Of a stretch of 64,000 nucleotides of DNA, positions 47,586 through 61,200 are shown one piece after another (the first letter of the stretch is position 1; every line of letters starts with the position of its first letter). The stretch is from Vicugna vicugna (Eukaryota), in the NCBI GenBank assembly GCA_013265495.1, contig MU058844.1, positions 62,001 to 126,000 on the forward strand, written 5' to 3'. The notes under the pieces were generated by a model. That model saw only the letters and a program-made list of their open reading frames with translations. It ran no database searches and had not been told where the DNA came from. The translations under genes and the position numbers were made by a program.

Positions 47586-49314
47586 TGTAAGTTACAGAAA
47601 GAGCTTCCATGATTGGCCCAAATTCAAAGTTGTTCCATAGGTTCTCTAGGCCTCCAGAAAAGCTGGAACAGCTTTGATTGCTTTCCCTTTGTTAAGCTTT
47701 GGTTATGCAGGCCATTCCATTTTCTTAACTCAAATTAAAGGAGGAGATAGCTTAAGTGTCCTAAACAAGATGCCAGAATTCTGTTTTTATCTAATACATA
47801 AAGCTTACAGAAATGATTTTCTCTTTCAGATTTGTTCTAGGCTCTTAAAAGTTGAAGAAGATACAGCCTTTGACAATGTTCAGCTTCATCTGTGCTCCTC
47901 GAAAGTAATGATGGTTAAGAAATCCCCCCAGTCTTTTGTGTTCCAAGAAATGGCTAAATACTGGAAAGGACGACCCAGCCTTTCCATATTCTGAGATAAG
48001 ACCCACCTCCATCCTTTTTCATGAGTCCCAGAAGGTTTGCCAATGACTCCCTTGTTCACTTGCCTCTGTAAAACCCAGTCCTCCTTCCTTTTTTTTGATT
48101 CATTCCTCATTAATAAATATTCTCTATATTGCAAAATTATATCCATAATTGGTATATTCTATCTCCCACACTTTCATAAAGAGAAGGCTTGTGTTGAGAG
48201 GATTTATTTTTAGCCTGTCTGTTGGAAAATCAGCAGCTGACAATGGTAACTGACAAAATAATTCTTGACAACAGACAACAGACAACCAAAGGGTCTACTC
48301 CCTCAGTGGAAAGCCAGTGTGGAGCTCTGTTCCATAGCAGTGAATAATTACTACTCCCAGAGGCTGGCAGGAACTTGATTCAAGCAGATGGTTGGACAAA
48401 AAGATATTGTTGAACATAATTTCCTAGTATATAAAGTAAATGTGGCTCTATATAATTTTCTCCTGAGATTAACTATCTCCAATATGCTGGTACAAAAGTC
48501 TCAGTCCTTCCCTGACTAGGATCCCTGGTTCTAAAGAAATGGGGTGGAGGCAGGAGGCTCCTAGAAGCTAGAGGTTGTCATACATTGCATGTCTGCAAGC
48601 TCTTACCTTTCCAGGAGGTGGGACTGAGAGGGCAACTAACCTGCCCTCTCACAGGACAAAAGACCTGTAACCAGCTGTATAAAGATCAGGGTTTAAACAC
48701 ATGGCTTCACATTTATTCTAATATCTCGGTTAGCCCTTCATGTAATAATTTACATTCTAGTGCAACCCAACAGAAACACTTAGCTCCATTCTGTTGGACA
48801 CAAGGCCTCCAAATATTCTACAAAACCAAAAAAAAAAGCAGTCAAGCCTAGATGCTGAAGCAATCTGGTTGCCAGGGGCCCATTTAGAACCTACAGACTT
48901 AGGGTTCTTGGGGTGAGTCAATTGGATTCAGGTTTCTTGGGAATCCCCTAAAAGTTATATGCCAAATATTGTGTGTGTGTGTGCACGTACATGTGCATTT
49001 TTCCAAAGAATTGTTCCACAGGCTTTTCACATTCTTAAAGGGATCCATGCCCTGTGAATGGATAAGAACCACTATTTATTATAGATATTCTGGGCTTTTT
49101 AAAGAAATATTCCCTAAACAGATCCCCCTCATCCTTGGCTATGACATGACCAGGAGCACCAAGTTCACCACAAGTCTATGAATGGGCTTACTTACTTCAC
49201 TTGTAGGTACTTGGTCTTCTCTTGGGATCAGCATTGAGATGATTAAATCAAGTCATTTCCTAGAATCTGATGAGAGGGAGGTTATATGATCAAATCCAAA
49301 TCCAACCATTTGAT

Positions 49315-49788
49315 ATTGTCTTAATCTGTTAGGGCTGCTATAACAAAATGCCATAGACTGAGTAGCTTATAAACAACAAAAACTTATTTTTTTTTCTTTT
49401 TAATGGAGGTACTGGGGATTGAACCTAGGACCTCGCACATGCTAAGCATGTGCTCTACCACTGAGCTATACCCCACCCCCATCCCCCAATAAAACTTATT
49501 GCTCACAGTTTTGGAGGCTGAGAAGTTCCAGATCAAGGCACCAGCGTGGTCACATTCTGGTGAAGGCCCTCTTCTGGTTCATAGCTGGGGCCTTCTTGCT
49601 GTATTCTCACATAGTGGGAGGGGCTAGGGAGATCTGTGGGGTCTCTTCACAAGGGCTCCACTCTCGTGACCTAGTCACCTCCCAAAAGCCCCATCTCTTA
49701 AACACACTCACCTTTAGGGGTTAAGATTTCAACAGGTGAATTCGGGGGGGGGGGTAGGCGGGGGACACAAACATTTGACCAGAGCAGA
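49315..49788 (-). mobile_element. MaLR solo LTR (MLT1A-like), split by a SINE
   Basis: agggctgctataacaaaatgccatagactgagtagcttataaacaac...ctcacagttttggaggctgagaag...cacaaacatt. Confidence 0.88.
49389..49490 (-). mobile_element. Vic-1-like SINE inserted in an MLT1A LTR
   Basis: Reverse complement reads ggggtatagctcagtggtagagcacatgcttagcatgtgcgaggtcctaggttcaatccccagtacctcc. TSD aaaacttatt (49379-49388, 49491-49500). Confidence 0.9.
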
Positions 49789-51886
49789 TATTTTCCACAA
49801 ATATTCTCCATTAAGAATGTAATCTGACACCAAAAATAGCACTGGCTAGAGACAGAATGTGAAAATGAAATGGAAACATATGACTACTACCAAGATGCTG
49901 GATCCATTTTTTCCTTTTTAAGTACTGAAATCTGGATTTCACAGTCTATGTTTTGAATTAATAACAGCTTTTAGCATTATTTTGCATAATTTTAACAGAC
50001 AAGGCTTAACTGGCTCACTAAACTGTACCTCTGTGAGATTTTAATTTTCTTATAAAAACAGCAAATGCCAATGAGATAGACATCCCTGTTCTTCTGTTTA
50101 CAGTTCTAAGAAGTAAACAGGCAGTTATTACATTAAAAACATTCCTTGTATCCCAGCAACTTCTAATTTTGATCTGCGGGGCTTTTAGAGGAAGAACTAA
50201 GGGCTAGAGATGGCACAAAGAACCCCAAATATGCCTGACATCTAAAACCTGAAGCCTGATCTGATTCCACTGTGGTTAAACAAATCAATGCTTCTCGACA
50301 TTATTGTTGTCTTGATGTATTGAATGGGATAATATTGGCCACTCAGTCTATCAATAAGATTCTCTTAGTTTCTAAATTGCTTTGAGACAGTAACTTAGAG
50401 GCACCTTGGAGACCCCTGGCAAGAAGTGCCATTTGTCAAACTGGATGTAAAACAAATTAGGAATTCTGGTATCCATATGCATTAACTTCCCTTAAAGGGA
50501 CAAACATACTAACTTGGGCAGAACTTACAAAAGCTCAATTGAAGTATCACCTCCTTGGTGGGCAACCTAATTGCTCCCTCCTCTGTGTTGGCCAAACAGT
50601 ACCATGATTGCTGGCTGTTATGTTTGTCTCTCTAACAGGCCAAGCTCCTACAGGGCTGGGACTGTGTCTTATTTATCTTTATATCTCTGGTAGTGCACAC
50701 AAATTGCTAGCTTGCTGACTGTAGGGATTCATTTAATGATGGACAAGTTAGATCAGGATCCCATCCCAGTTCTGAATATGCTCCGAAGTGCACCAACCAG
50801 TTCCTACTCCTTGTCTTTAGAGTCCTGGCAAAAGTACTGCATACCCATGCATTTTCTATTTTTACATGCAAATCACAGCAGGAAAAGGTGACTCTGACCC
50901 TCACACTTCTCAGGGCCCTAGTAGAGTGAAGAATATTAGAAAAACCCTGAGAGCTAAAATAATTCAACTCAATGATTCAGCAAAACATTTTTCTGTGCCT
51001 GGCACTGTTCTAAGCTTTTTATGGGACTCTCACTGTAAGCACAGTACTATTACTGTACACATTACATATGAGGAAACTGGCACAGAAAAGTGGAGTAACT
51101 TGCCCCAAAGAGGAAGACTATGTGAGCATTCCCCATGCCTCTCACCTCTAAGCAAATCAGAGCGAATCCTTTTCTCCTCGGTGCTCCCACAGCCTCAATA
51201 CTCAGGCATGGACCCTACTGCCTCATGTGATTACAGACCCATGTCAGACTCATTGGCCAGTGAGTCCCTGGAGGACTGGGACTGTATTTATTGGTCATCT
51301 TTTTGCCTCCCCACTTAGCAGAGTGACCAGTTTTCAGGAGCTTCCCCCCAAAATGTCTGCTGAATAACTGAATGAGGGAGTCTCTTTCCAAAACTACCAA
51401 TTCCGGGGACTTCTCCAGAGAAAGGGATGAAGATGGACTCATCCTACTGCCCCAGCTGCCTTCGTGTGTGTGTGCGTGTGCATGCATGCACACACACGCT
51501 CCTGCCTCCCACAAGAAACTTCCACAGTACTTGGGGAACTAACTGGCATTTAAGACCAACTCTCTTTATTTTGCTTGAGTAAAAGTAGTTTTGAAAATTA
51601 TTTTTAAAAACTTTTAGAAAGGCAAAGGAATTTTTTTAATGTGCAACTTTAAACCAGGCAAGTCCACTTCTAGGAGTTTACCCTAAGAATCCTCATGGCC
51701 CAGAGGCTATACATATAAATCTCTGTAGGGGCTGAGCAGCAGGTAAGGCATGTGCACTCTGTGACGGTGGGGATGGTGGCAGCTAGAATGGGCCTGCCCA
51801 TTATTACCATGGTCACATGGGGGACCCAGAGTAGCCCAATTTGGTTTTTCAACAGGGCCCAGAAATCTCAATTTTAAAATACTGGC

Positions 51887-52378
51887 TGTGGTAGACTGCA
51901 AAAAATAATGGACCCAAATTATTCCCTTCCCTCTCGCCATGCCCTCTGGTAGAGCCCTCCCTCACTGACTCTAGGCTGGTCTTGGGACTAGCTTTAGCCA
52001 GTGGGATATTAACAAAAGGGATGCAAACAGAAGCTTCAATGGTGCTTCCACACTGGGGCTTGCCTTCTTGCTGCCCAGGGAACCCCTGCCACCACTGCCA
52101 AGTGAGGGAGGTGGGGCAAACTTCTTGGATGGAGATGTGTGACTGAGGCACTTCTTTTGCCCCAGGTAATAGCATGGCACTTACCAGACATGTGGATGAG
52201 GCCATCCTAGATCATCCAGCCTCAGTCAGAAGCCATCAGCTGACCACAGATGCACAGAGCCCAGCACAGACCAGTGGGTCGGCCCAGATCAGAACAGTCC
52301 AGCTGGCTCCTGTGAGCTAAGATTTAAGCCAATATATGTTGGGATGGTTTGCTATATAATAAAAGTTAATTGACCACA
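51887..52378 (+). mobile_element. MaLR solo LTR (MLT1G/H-like)
   Basis: tgtggtagactg...ccagacatgtggatgaggccatcctagatcatccagcc...taagcca...gggatggtttgcta. Confidence 0.8.
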
Positions 52379-54559
52379 AAATTTAGATCTGTTTAGAGCT
52401 AAACAAAGGAGGGATCAAGTTCATTTAACCTCTGGTGAATGTAAATATTTAACAAGGACTTCCTTTGCATTACTATTTATAATAGTGAAAAAGACAAAAC
52501 CACTTAAAGATCCATCTAATGTAATAAGAAAGTGGTTAGCAAGTGAGGGAACATGCAGATACCGGAATGGTAGGCACCATTAAAAATGATGGTGTAGACT
52601 AGCAGCCACGCACAGATCAAACCTGGGGTCCCACCACATTTGGATCAATAGGCACAATATTACTGTCCCCAAAACACACACTACCGCAGGAATGGAACAC
52701 CGAGCTGAGTGGATCACACGGTGCAGTGGACAGGGCACCTGGCCATAAGAAAGAGACAAAAAAGCTCAGAATAAAGCCCAGAACACTTACAGGAATGTGC
52801 TCAACTTTGCTTTTTGAGGATATGAGTTCACAGTGGGAGCAGTAAACAGCTCTACTCAAGTAACGACACGGCTCTAAAGAAGGAGCAAGCAAACAGTGAG
52901 GTTATGGTGGATGTTTTGGCAGCAAAAAGACATTGTTAACTTAATGGCTAGTGTCTTTTAATCTCTTCAAATATGCTGTTGAAAATTATTGAAAGTGTGC
53001 TCCAGACACAAAGGATGTCGAAAATCACTGGTACAAAAGAAACCTTAATGACATGGAAAGATAGTTATATGTTAAATAAAAGAAGCTAGTTGTAAAACAG
53101 CAAGTACGACACAACCCATTTTTGTTATAGGAGGAATGTGCAAGCATAGGAGAGAAACTGGAGGACAGAGATCAAAACTGGGCTGTAATGGTGGTTATCT
53201 ATGGAAGATGGGAGTAGGAGCAATTCTTATTTTTCTTCCTTCTTGCTTATTTTTTTCAAACTGCTATAAAAAATGATGTACAATTTTTGCACTGAGAAAA
53301 CTTCATAGAAGTTATAGATTTTAAAAAGTTACTCATGCATGTGCACGCGTGTGCATATGGGCATAAACTCCAAACCAAAGTGGAGAGAGACTTCTTTACC
53401 CTTTTCTTTTGGTCAGTGCCTACAAATGCTCTGCCACCTCCCTATACACATTCAGATTTTCTTGAGGGTAGGCAGTCTCTCAAATCTTCTTCTGTGCAAA
53501 AACACGTGGACTCCATGCAGGCACATCAGCTATCTGATTCTCCTGGGAGGCAGGCAGATGCCATGCGGCCTCACACTTTGCAGCCAGAGATAGAAATGGG
53601 GCAGTGGTTTGATGCTCAGTTCTTCCATTCTGCCAATCACCTGCAAAAATGTGAGCAACTCGAAGCAGGTACAGCTACCTTTTGACGGTGGAGATGCCCT
53701 GCTCCTTAAGGGCAACTTGTCAGCACTAACACCCCTGCAGCCCATCATGGGCCAGTTCATCATGAACTGACAGAGAACACACGTGTCTGTGCACAAATGG
53801 AGGGAAGGTGACCTAGCTAATCATCAGACCTACTTCTAAAATGCCATCTAGTTAGATGCATCAGAGCCCAGCTTTACTCATTCATCTATAAATGTGGTGA
53901 GAACAAAAGTCAAAGTGACTCTGTTAGCAAACCCAGGGGGATGAATAGCAACGTAAAAAGTCCAAGGTTCAAAATGACAAGCAGTTCATTGACGATGCCC
54001 TGGAATTACAGTCTATAACTGGGCACAGTGAGGGGGCCAAAAATCTGAGGATTTTACAAGATAATGAATTAATGACTGGGCTACACAATGGAAAATTAGA
54101 GCTGATAAGGCCAGTAGACCATTCTTTGGACCTAAAAGTTTATTGAACCATTAAATAACTGATCCTTTTTAGGAAAGGAAAATGTGTTCCCAGACATCTG
54201 AAAAGATGTTATCAACACACCACTGTCATCTTTTATGAGCACTCACTTTCTGTTCAACCTTACCACTCTGTATGCTTATCCTCAGAACGGAGAGGGGTAA
54301 ACAGGATAATTTTTTCCCTTTGAAAAATTCCAAGTTAGTATAGGATTAAGAAATAGATTCTCCAATTATTCAGAAGGACAGATCAGACTGGGAAGGTTCG
54401 CCTATCCCTCTCTTGATTGGACTCACCGTGGATTTAATAAAATCGTATCACATCTTAAAGCTTAGCAAGAAACGTGGTGATAGCACTTCCTCCCACAGTG
54501 CCCTCGGCTTTAGCCACTGCTCAGCTGGGTCTGTGAACTGCATTCACATTCAGCCACAG

Positions 54560-54970
54560 CAGTGAGTTAACAGCTATCATTTCCCAAGAGCTGACCACGG
54601 GCCAGGCACTCTTTCCATCATCGCAAAAATCTTGGAGGTGGGGATGGTCATCTCTTCCTTCTACAGATGAGGAAACTGAGGCTTAGAGAAGTGACGAAGC
54701 TTGCCCGGGGAAATACTACCAGCAGAAGAGCAGTGAGCTTCTCCCAGAAGCATGTGAGAGGAGGAGGCAGCATCGTGGGGCAGCTGGAAAGGGCGCAGGG
54801 GGGCAGAGCTCCAGACTCACTCTGGCTCATTCGCCCCAGGCAAGTCTCATCTTGCTACAGAAGAGGGCTCATCTCTCTTACCCAACTACTTCATAGGATT
54901 TTTGTGAGGTCCAGATGAGATCACATATACAAAAAGTCTTGAAAACAGTAAATACCATGTGTTATTAATA
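54560..54970. mobile_element. Two MIR fragments (minus then plus)
   Basis: tacagatgaggaaactgaggcttagagaagtgacgaagcttgccc; cttcataggatttttgtgaggtccagatgagat. Confidence 0.7.
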
Positions 54971-55295
54971 AAAAGTCAGAAGACTAAATCATAGTCCTTA
55001 GGAGCACAACACTTCAATCATCAAGGCTTCAATGAAAGACCACACAGCCCCTGCCCCCAAACAATCCTTTAAGTAAAGGGCACATGATTTTCTTAAGCAA
55101 TCTTTTAAAGATAAAGGGCTCAAGTATGCATGCTGGTACTTGAACTGATCTTTGCAGGTGGCTTTAGTGTCTTGCAGACATCCTGCCTGAGCTATTTCTC
55201 TTGACTACAGAAAGTAACCATTTCATTGTTACTATCAATTCTGTTCCAAAGAAGGGACTACTGTAATTTTACACCCTTAATGTATGCAATACCAG

Positions 55296-55376
55296 AATAA
55301 ATAAAACAAAACAAAACAAATAAACAATACTTTCTCATGAAAGGGCCACATTATATACATTAATTCATTTTTTATT
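55296..55376 (-). terminator. CRADD: Polyadenylation signal with downstream U/GU-rich element
   Basis: AATAAA at 55376-55371 (minus). About 45-80 nt downstream is gtattgtttatttgttttgttttgttttatttatt, a typical CstF-type downstream element. Confidence 0.7.
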
Positions 55377-55773
55377 ATCATCATCATTAATAGCTAAGTC
55401 CACAGTTCAGTTCCCAGGCAACATAAAAGTGGATGTTTTATTTATAGGACACCTGTATTTTTTTTTTGAGCCACTATGATTTACCAGTCTATTAAAAGGC
55501 AACCACACAATTAAAACCTACAGAATTCAAATAATGCAATCTTTGAGCAATCAGAAGCAATGGACTGCCATTTCAGTGTGGGAGATCTGCTAAGTAACCC
55601 TGCCTTTCAAATAATGTCAAGTGGAAATCCCATTATCTCTTTCGATCTAAGGACCACTAGAAAGAAAAGCCCTTCCCCGCAAAAACTCCCCAAATCTACC
55701 TGCCCTTGGTGAGAGTCGGGATTCGGCACATGTGACTGGGGGAAGAACTCCCCAGGAGTTGATGGAGGTGCCA
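55350..55773 (-). other. CRADD: CRADD 3' UTR (end approximate)
   Basis: Repeat-free sequence after the TGA, containing two minus-strand AATAAA hexamers (55442-55437 and 55376-55371). Confidence 0.7.
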
Positions 55774-56075
55774 TCATTCCAACATGTGCTGGAACACCGA
55801 GGGGTCAACCTCCATGGCCTGGAGTCCCCTGTGCAAGCTCTGGAAGGTGGCCTGCTTTCCGTAGCGCTGCCTCCAGCGGACGAAGGCCTCCACCATCTGT
55901 GACTGCACGTTGTGGGGGTGGTTGGCCTTACAGCGATAGATGTCGGTCTGGGACAGCCCCAGAGACAGCACCACGGGTTCCCACTCAGGGCCCAGCCTCT
56001 GGGCCAGCTGGTTGATCTGCCGGTCCGATGGGGAGCTGTTGAGGATGTGTGGGGGGATTCCTGTCATCCAGTCAT
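55774..56075 (-). CDS. CRADD: CRADD/RAIDD terminal coding exon (death domain, approx. residues 100-199 plus TGA)
   Basis: Minus-strand translation (x)[99 protein letters not shown] matches the known RAIDD death domain. It is preceded by a pyrimidine tract and AG (actttttctccccag|ATGACTGG). The 302-nt phase-1 exon gives a 199-aa numbering as in human. The CARD exon lies outside the window (beyond 64000). Confidence 0.97.
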
Positions 56076-56095
56076 CTGGGGAGAAAAAGTCATGA
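56076..56095 (-). promoter_or_regulatory. CRADD: 3' splice acceptor of the CRADD death-domain exon
   Basis: Minus strand reads ...catgactttttctccccag|AT; the AG is at 56077-56076. Confidence 0.9.
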
Positions 56096-56849
56096 GGGTG
56101 AAAAAGAGCCAGCAAACACATCAGACGGGGGCAGAAATGAAAAACGTGGGCGACACATACTTCCAAATAGCAGGGGCCAATTTCTAGTCTTCTCAGGGGC
56201 TGCTCGGTACAAAGCATATATAGGGGCTTAAGAAGGCCAAGTTAGCAGCTAAGGAAATGTTTATTATAGAAACTCTGAAAACAACAAAATAAAAATAACT
56301 AGGAATCCCATCAGAGAAACCCATTCATCATAATGTGATCAATTTCTTTTCAGTCTTTCACATACAAAACATGCATTCAGGATTACATTGCAGGCACTGC
56401 TTTGTAACAAGCCTTTTTCACTTCCATCTCTTTTAACCAGTGAGGCCAAGCAGAGAGTCCTAGGTGAATCTAAGAAGGCCTGCACACGCCCATCTCCCTC
56501 CAATGCTGGTCTGTGATGCTCTCTCCTGCAGGAATGGCTTATGCTGGCGTAACAGGCTGAACAGAACAGCTACTCCCTCCTGATAAACTTGAACACTACC
56601 TAGAAAAGTTACAGTGTCCAACAGAAGGAGGAGCTAAGAGACCTCCTGAAAAAATAATAAAACTAGAGGCCAGGAGGTAGCAGGAAGAGAGGAGAGTGGG
56701 GTTCACTATTTCAGCACAGGTCACAGGAGGAGAGCTACCATCCTGGCTGAGCCCAGAGGAGGGGAGGAAACATGTGCCATGGAGGGACAACGAGAGACCT
56801 TGAACCTGCACTTCCTAAACTGGAGCCCAGTCTTCCGGAGGCTGTCTGC

Positions 56850-57140
56850 TGAGGGAGCCTGACACTCAACGAGTGACTACAGATGTGCCAAGAGGTGCCA
56901 TCCGCTACACAGAAGGCCTTCCAGAGGAAGGAGGTTAAAGTTAAGTCCCGAGCATGAGAAGAAGGAGTCCAGGGAAGGGAAAGAATAGGAGGTGTGCCCT
57001 GTGCAGTGGGAACTGCATGTGCAAAGGCCCTGAGGCAAAACATGGCACACTCAAGGAAGTGAAAGAAGGTCCCTGTAGCAAAGTGCAGAGATTGAGAAGG
57101 AAGTATCCAAATGATGGTGCTGGTTATGGGTTAGGCCAGG
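56850..57140 (-). mobile_element. L2 LINE fragment
   Basis: cagtgggaactgcatgtgcaaaggccctgaggca (reverse L2 motif). Confidence 0.65.
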
Positions 57141-59384
57141 ACTGGAAGCGAGGTTTTTATACTCCTGGTTCAGATCTCTGTATGGTAGCACATTATACTA
57201 TACTTCCTGTCACCAGCACCACAGGAATTAGGGTCAGTCACTCTTCACACTCATCAGTTCACTGTTTTGATTTATGAACTCAATGAGAAAGCAAAAGGCA
57301 TCCTGTTAGAACAGCTGATGTGTTCCATAGCACATGCCTTTGGTTTCTAGACAGTTGCTAATACCTTAGGCATGAGTTGCAAAAATACTGTCAAGGACTC
57401 TTTCTGGTTTTTGTCAAGACTGGTTTTTTTTTTAATGACTAAGAAATAGATTAGAATAATGATACTACTGAATAATATTTTATATTAATAATGTTTTTAT
57501 AAAAATATGAGCTCATTTGAAAAATTCAAGGACCACAAAACAGTACAGAGAAGAAAACAAATTACCCACTATCTCCCCATCTTATTGACAGTTATTAAAT
57601 ATCATTCTGGACATCTCTTTATGCACATACACTGTAAGAAGAACATAACAGCCTTTTCTAATGAAGGTTATTTAATTTTGCTTGAATATAACAGAAGAAA
57701 AAGCAGAAGATAAACTAAATGGCTTTCTAACCTGAAGTTAAATGATTAAAAAAAAAAGCAAATAAAAAAGAAACATATACAAACATACAAAAGATTCAAT
57801 GCTGAGAAAAATACATATGTAAGTTTAAGAGGTAAATGGCATGTCCACATTAATGCTCTAGAATGAGCACTTTATATTTTCTCTCCTTTTTCTCACATCT
57901 CTGGGTTTTTGTTGCTTTTATCATTTTAATTTTGTTGGGTGTGTAACATGCTTCTGTAACAGTAATCTCCTCCCATTTGTTTAGTCTTAAAACCGCATAT
58001 ATGGTATATGGCCATCAGCAGATTGAGTTAGACAATGAATGCAGTATATCAGGAAATAGATTCTTAATAGGGAATAGTGTTACAGTGAAAAAATAAGGTA
58101 AGATGCATTTAAGGAAAAATGGCTGTCAACCTGCTGGCTAAATCAGCAAAGGAACACAGCAGGAAAGCTGGTACTGGGTCTTGGTAATATATATAAATAT
58201 AATAAAACACACTGGAGAGCCAGAGAAAGAAACACATTGGGGACCTTAGTAGTTAAGCTCAAGTTGCCAATTTGCTACAAATCCTTTTTTCCACCAATCT
58301 GCTCAACTTTATTCCTCTTACAAATTTGTAGCCCTTGCTCATATTTTATGGTAGAGAATACTGGTATAGAGATTTCTGACACTGACTTCATCATCCCCCT
58401 TTTTGTATAACTGGCTTTTTCTCTCTGGAGTTTACAGTGCTGCAGCTTTAGATCAGGGTACATCTTGGTCATTCTTTATCACCACCCTCTCTTTTGGAAG
58501 CCAGTTAAATGTCTTATACCACATCCGTTCTGCAGGGCTCACTCCTTCCTGTGGTCTCTCCCCTATGAGTAACTCGAAACTCGGGGGAGATGGCCTGCTC
58601 TGGGTTGCCTTCCCGCCTCTCCAGGAGGGTGTTTCCTGCATTTCCCGGGGCTGCCTTCTCACCTCCTAGACCAGCTTCTCTTCAGATTGATCTGTGTTAG
58701 TGGGAATCCTCATGCTGTTGCCCCCTCACCTTGCTTTCCCAGAGTGGCTTCTGAGGGGTTGAGGTGGGGTATGTCCTTCATTACCTGCCACTTTTCATAG
58801 TGCATGATTTAAAGCTGTGATCGGTTTTCCTGCCTGTTTGGTTGCTGCTGCTGAATGTTTTTGTTTTGAACTGCTTTCTGGTCCAGTTCAGTGAGTGTTG
58901 GGGTGGGAGTATCTGTAATTCTGCTACACTCTGTAATCATCCTGACTCCTGGCCAACTATTAATGTAACATACACTTTGAGCCAATTATTTGGAAGTGAG
59001 GACAGTATTTGCTCTTGTTCCTCCACACTTTCGGGTCACACATCCCTTGTGAATACTGCCATATAACTGGGAGATGGCCAGCAGTCTGTGGACACAGACT
59101 GGAGCAAAGATAATTGGCACATAAATGCTACCACACCAAGAGCAAATTAAGCCCTTCCAAGGAGATCTTACACACATAAAGGGACAATAGCAGCTGTCTG
59201 TGTTGTCTGACCTCTATCTGGAAACATATCCTCACGAGGCCCTTCCAGCTCATGAATTCTGCTGAATACGAGGTTAATTAGAACTGAGAGTCCTAAGGTG
59301 TTAGTGTCAACTCCCAAGGATATACTACATCAAACCAGGTCAAGCTATAAATGAATCCACTATGACCATCTGGCCATTGTGTCT

Positions 59385-60110
59385 AAAGGCTTGATGTACA
59401 TACCACTGGTGGTGGGCAAGGTGATGCCAGGTGGAACACGGGTGAACATTCTGTATGAGAACAGTCATGTATCTATTTTAACATGATCACAAAAGCATAA
59501 ATAGCATTTCAAACCCATGATTGCAAGGATTAAGATAAGTAAATTTAAAAAGCAGATAGAAAATGACAAAAAATAAAAAAGAAAAGTAAACTTTAAAATA
59601 AAAAGGGTGGGGAGAGGGATAAACTGGGAGCTTGGGATTTCCAGATACTAACTACTATATATAAAATAGACAAAACAGCAAGGTCCTACTGTATAGCACA
59701 GGGAACTATATTCAATCTTGTAATAGTTTATAATGAAAAATATGAAAAGGACTATATATATGTATAACTAAATCACTATGCTATACACCAGAAACTAACA
59801 CAACATTGTAAATCAGCTATACTTCAGTTAAAAAATAAAAATAAAATAAAAAGTAAATTTAAATAAAAGCATTAAACCAGTGGTACAGGTTTTACAAAGA
59901 TATGGCAAAAACTGCATATGTAGTACCTAAATGGCTTAAGTTTGGGAAGTCTAGTATTTCTCAAGAAGTGCCACGGTGCAGGGCTGTCCCCAGTGCACAG
60001 CATGGCCTGTAGCATCCCTGGTCTGCTGGTAACATCCCCTGCCCAGCCTGAGCACACACGTCCACATACGCTGGGGTGAGGCAATATTACCCCTGGTTAA
60101 GAACCACTTG
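59385..60110. mobile_element. hAT-Charlie fossils (MER112/113-like split by L1; MER20-like tail)
   Basis: taccactggtggt...ggtgatgccaggtggaacacg...gatatggcaaaaa...aagtttgggaa, then ctgtcccc...tagcatccctgg...ccctggttaagaaccact. Confidence 0.5.
59600..59848 (+). mobile_element. L1 3' end (L1_Art-like) inserted within a hAT fossil
   Basis: gggataaactgggag...aaggtcctactgtatagcacagggaactatattcaa... with (AAAAT)n tail. Imperfect TSD aaaagtaaa(c)tttaaa on both sides. Confidence 0.85.
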
Positions 60111-60129
60111 AACTTTTACATCACATTAT

Positions 60130-61200
60130 AAACAGTGACAGATTCCATGAGGATAAAGGCCCAAACACAGAAGGCAAAAGTGTAAACTTAACAGAAAACA
60201 ACATTGGAGTATCTTTATGACCTGTGTGTGGTGGGTCATGGTTTTTTAAAATGAATCCCCAAAAGATGGATTTTTTTTTATATCAAAATTAAAGATCTCT
60301 GCTCAATGAAGAAGACCGGCAAGCCAATAGAGCAGAATTGGAAAAGATACTTATTACTGTCTAGAACCAAAGAGGGAATACTTCCTGGACTGCATAAGAT
60401 ACTCCTGAAGCCAACAGGAAAAAGATAAGAAGTTCCAAGGGAAAAAGGACAAAAGTATGACCAGATGATTCAAATGAGAGGAAATCCAAAAGCAAGCATA
60501 TGAAGAGATGCTCAAATGTGGAAATTTAAGAAATAAGAATTGAAACAACAATGCTAAGTCACTTTATATGCATAGACATCTAGATAGCACCAAGTTCTGG
60601 CTGGGACGCGGCGATGGAGGGAACTTTATTCACTGCTGGTGGGAATGAACACCGGGCAGCCATTCTACAAGCAGGTGGACAGTGTAGATACAAATGAGTA
60701 TGGTATATAATCTTCTTCCAGGTGTACGTATCCAAGAAAAATTATGACAAAGACTGAGAAGGGACAGGTATAAGGCTATTTTTGCAAAGCTGCATGATTT
60801 GTGTTAGCAAATATACATACATATACCTTATAATCCAGAGATCCTGTTTTGCGTTTATATATATCCCAGAAAAAAATCTCATTCATACCCATGAGGGATC
60901 ATGGATGAGGCTGTTTATATCAAGTAACACTGAGAAGAAAGGAGCTAGACACAATATAAGAGCTCATTACTAGGGGAACAGATGAATCAATATGAAGGAG
61001 CACATAGGGAATACTGTGCAGTAGGAAAGGATGGACTAAAGCAAAAATGTAAAAGAAAGGAGTGGTATCTGTAACAGTGCAAAATTTAAAACATATGTTT
61101 AAAACAACACCATTCACAAAAACAGGCAAATAAGAGACTATACATTAGGCAGAACAGTTAGTGACGGAAGGGAAGGAAACAGGGGAGGTTGTCAGGCTGA
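60130..61200 (+). mobile_element. Old L1 ORF2-end/3' remnant
   Basis: atatcaaaattaaagatctctgctcaatgaa...cactgctggtgggaatg...gggaatactgtgcag. Confidence 0.65.

Noticed and set aside
56076..56217. N-terminal ~47 codons of the 147-aa ORF ([14 protein letters not shown]...FFSP)
   Set aside because: Intronic read-through upstream of a canonical acceptor. It has no similarity to the RAIDD CARD, and homology starts exactly at the AG.
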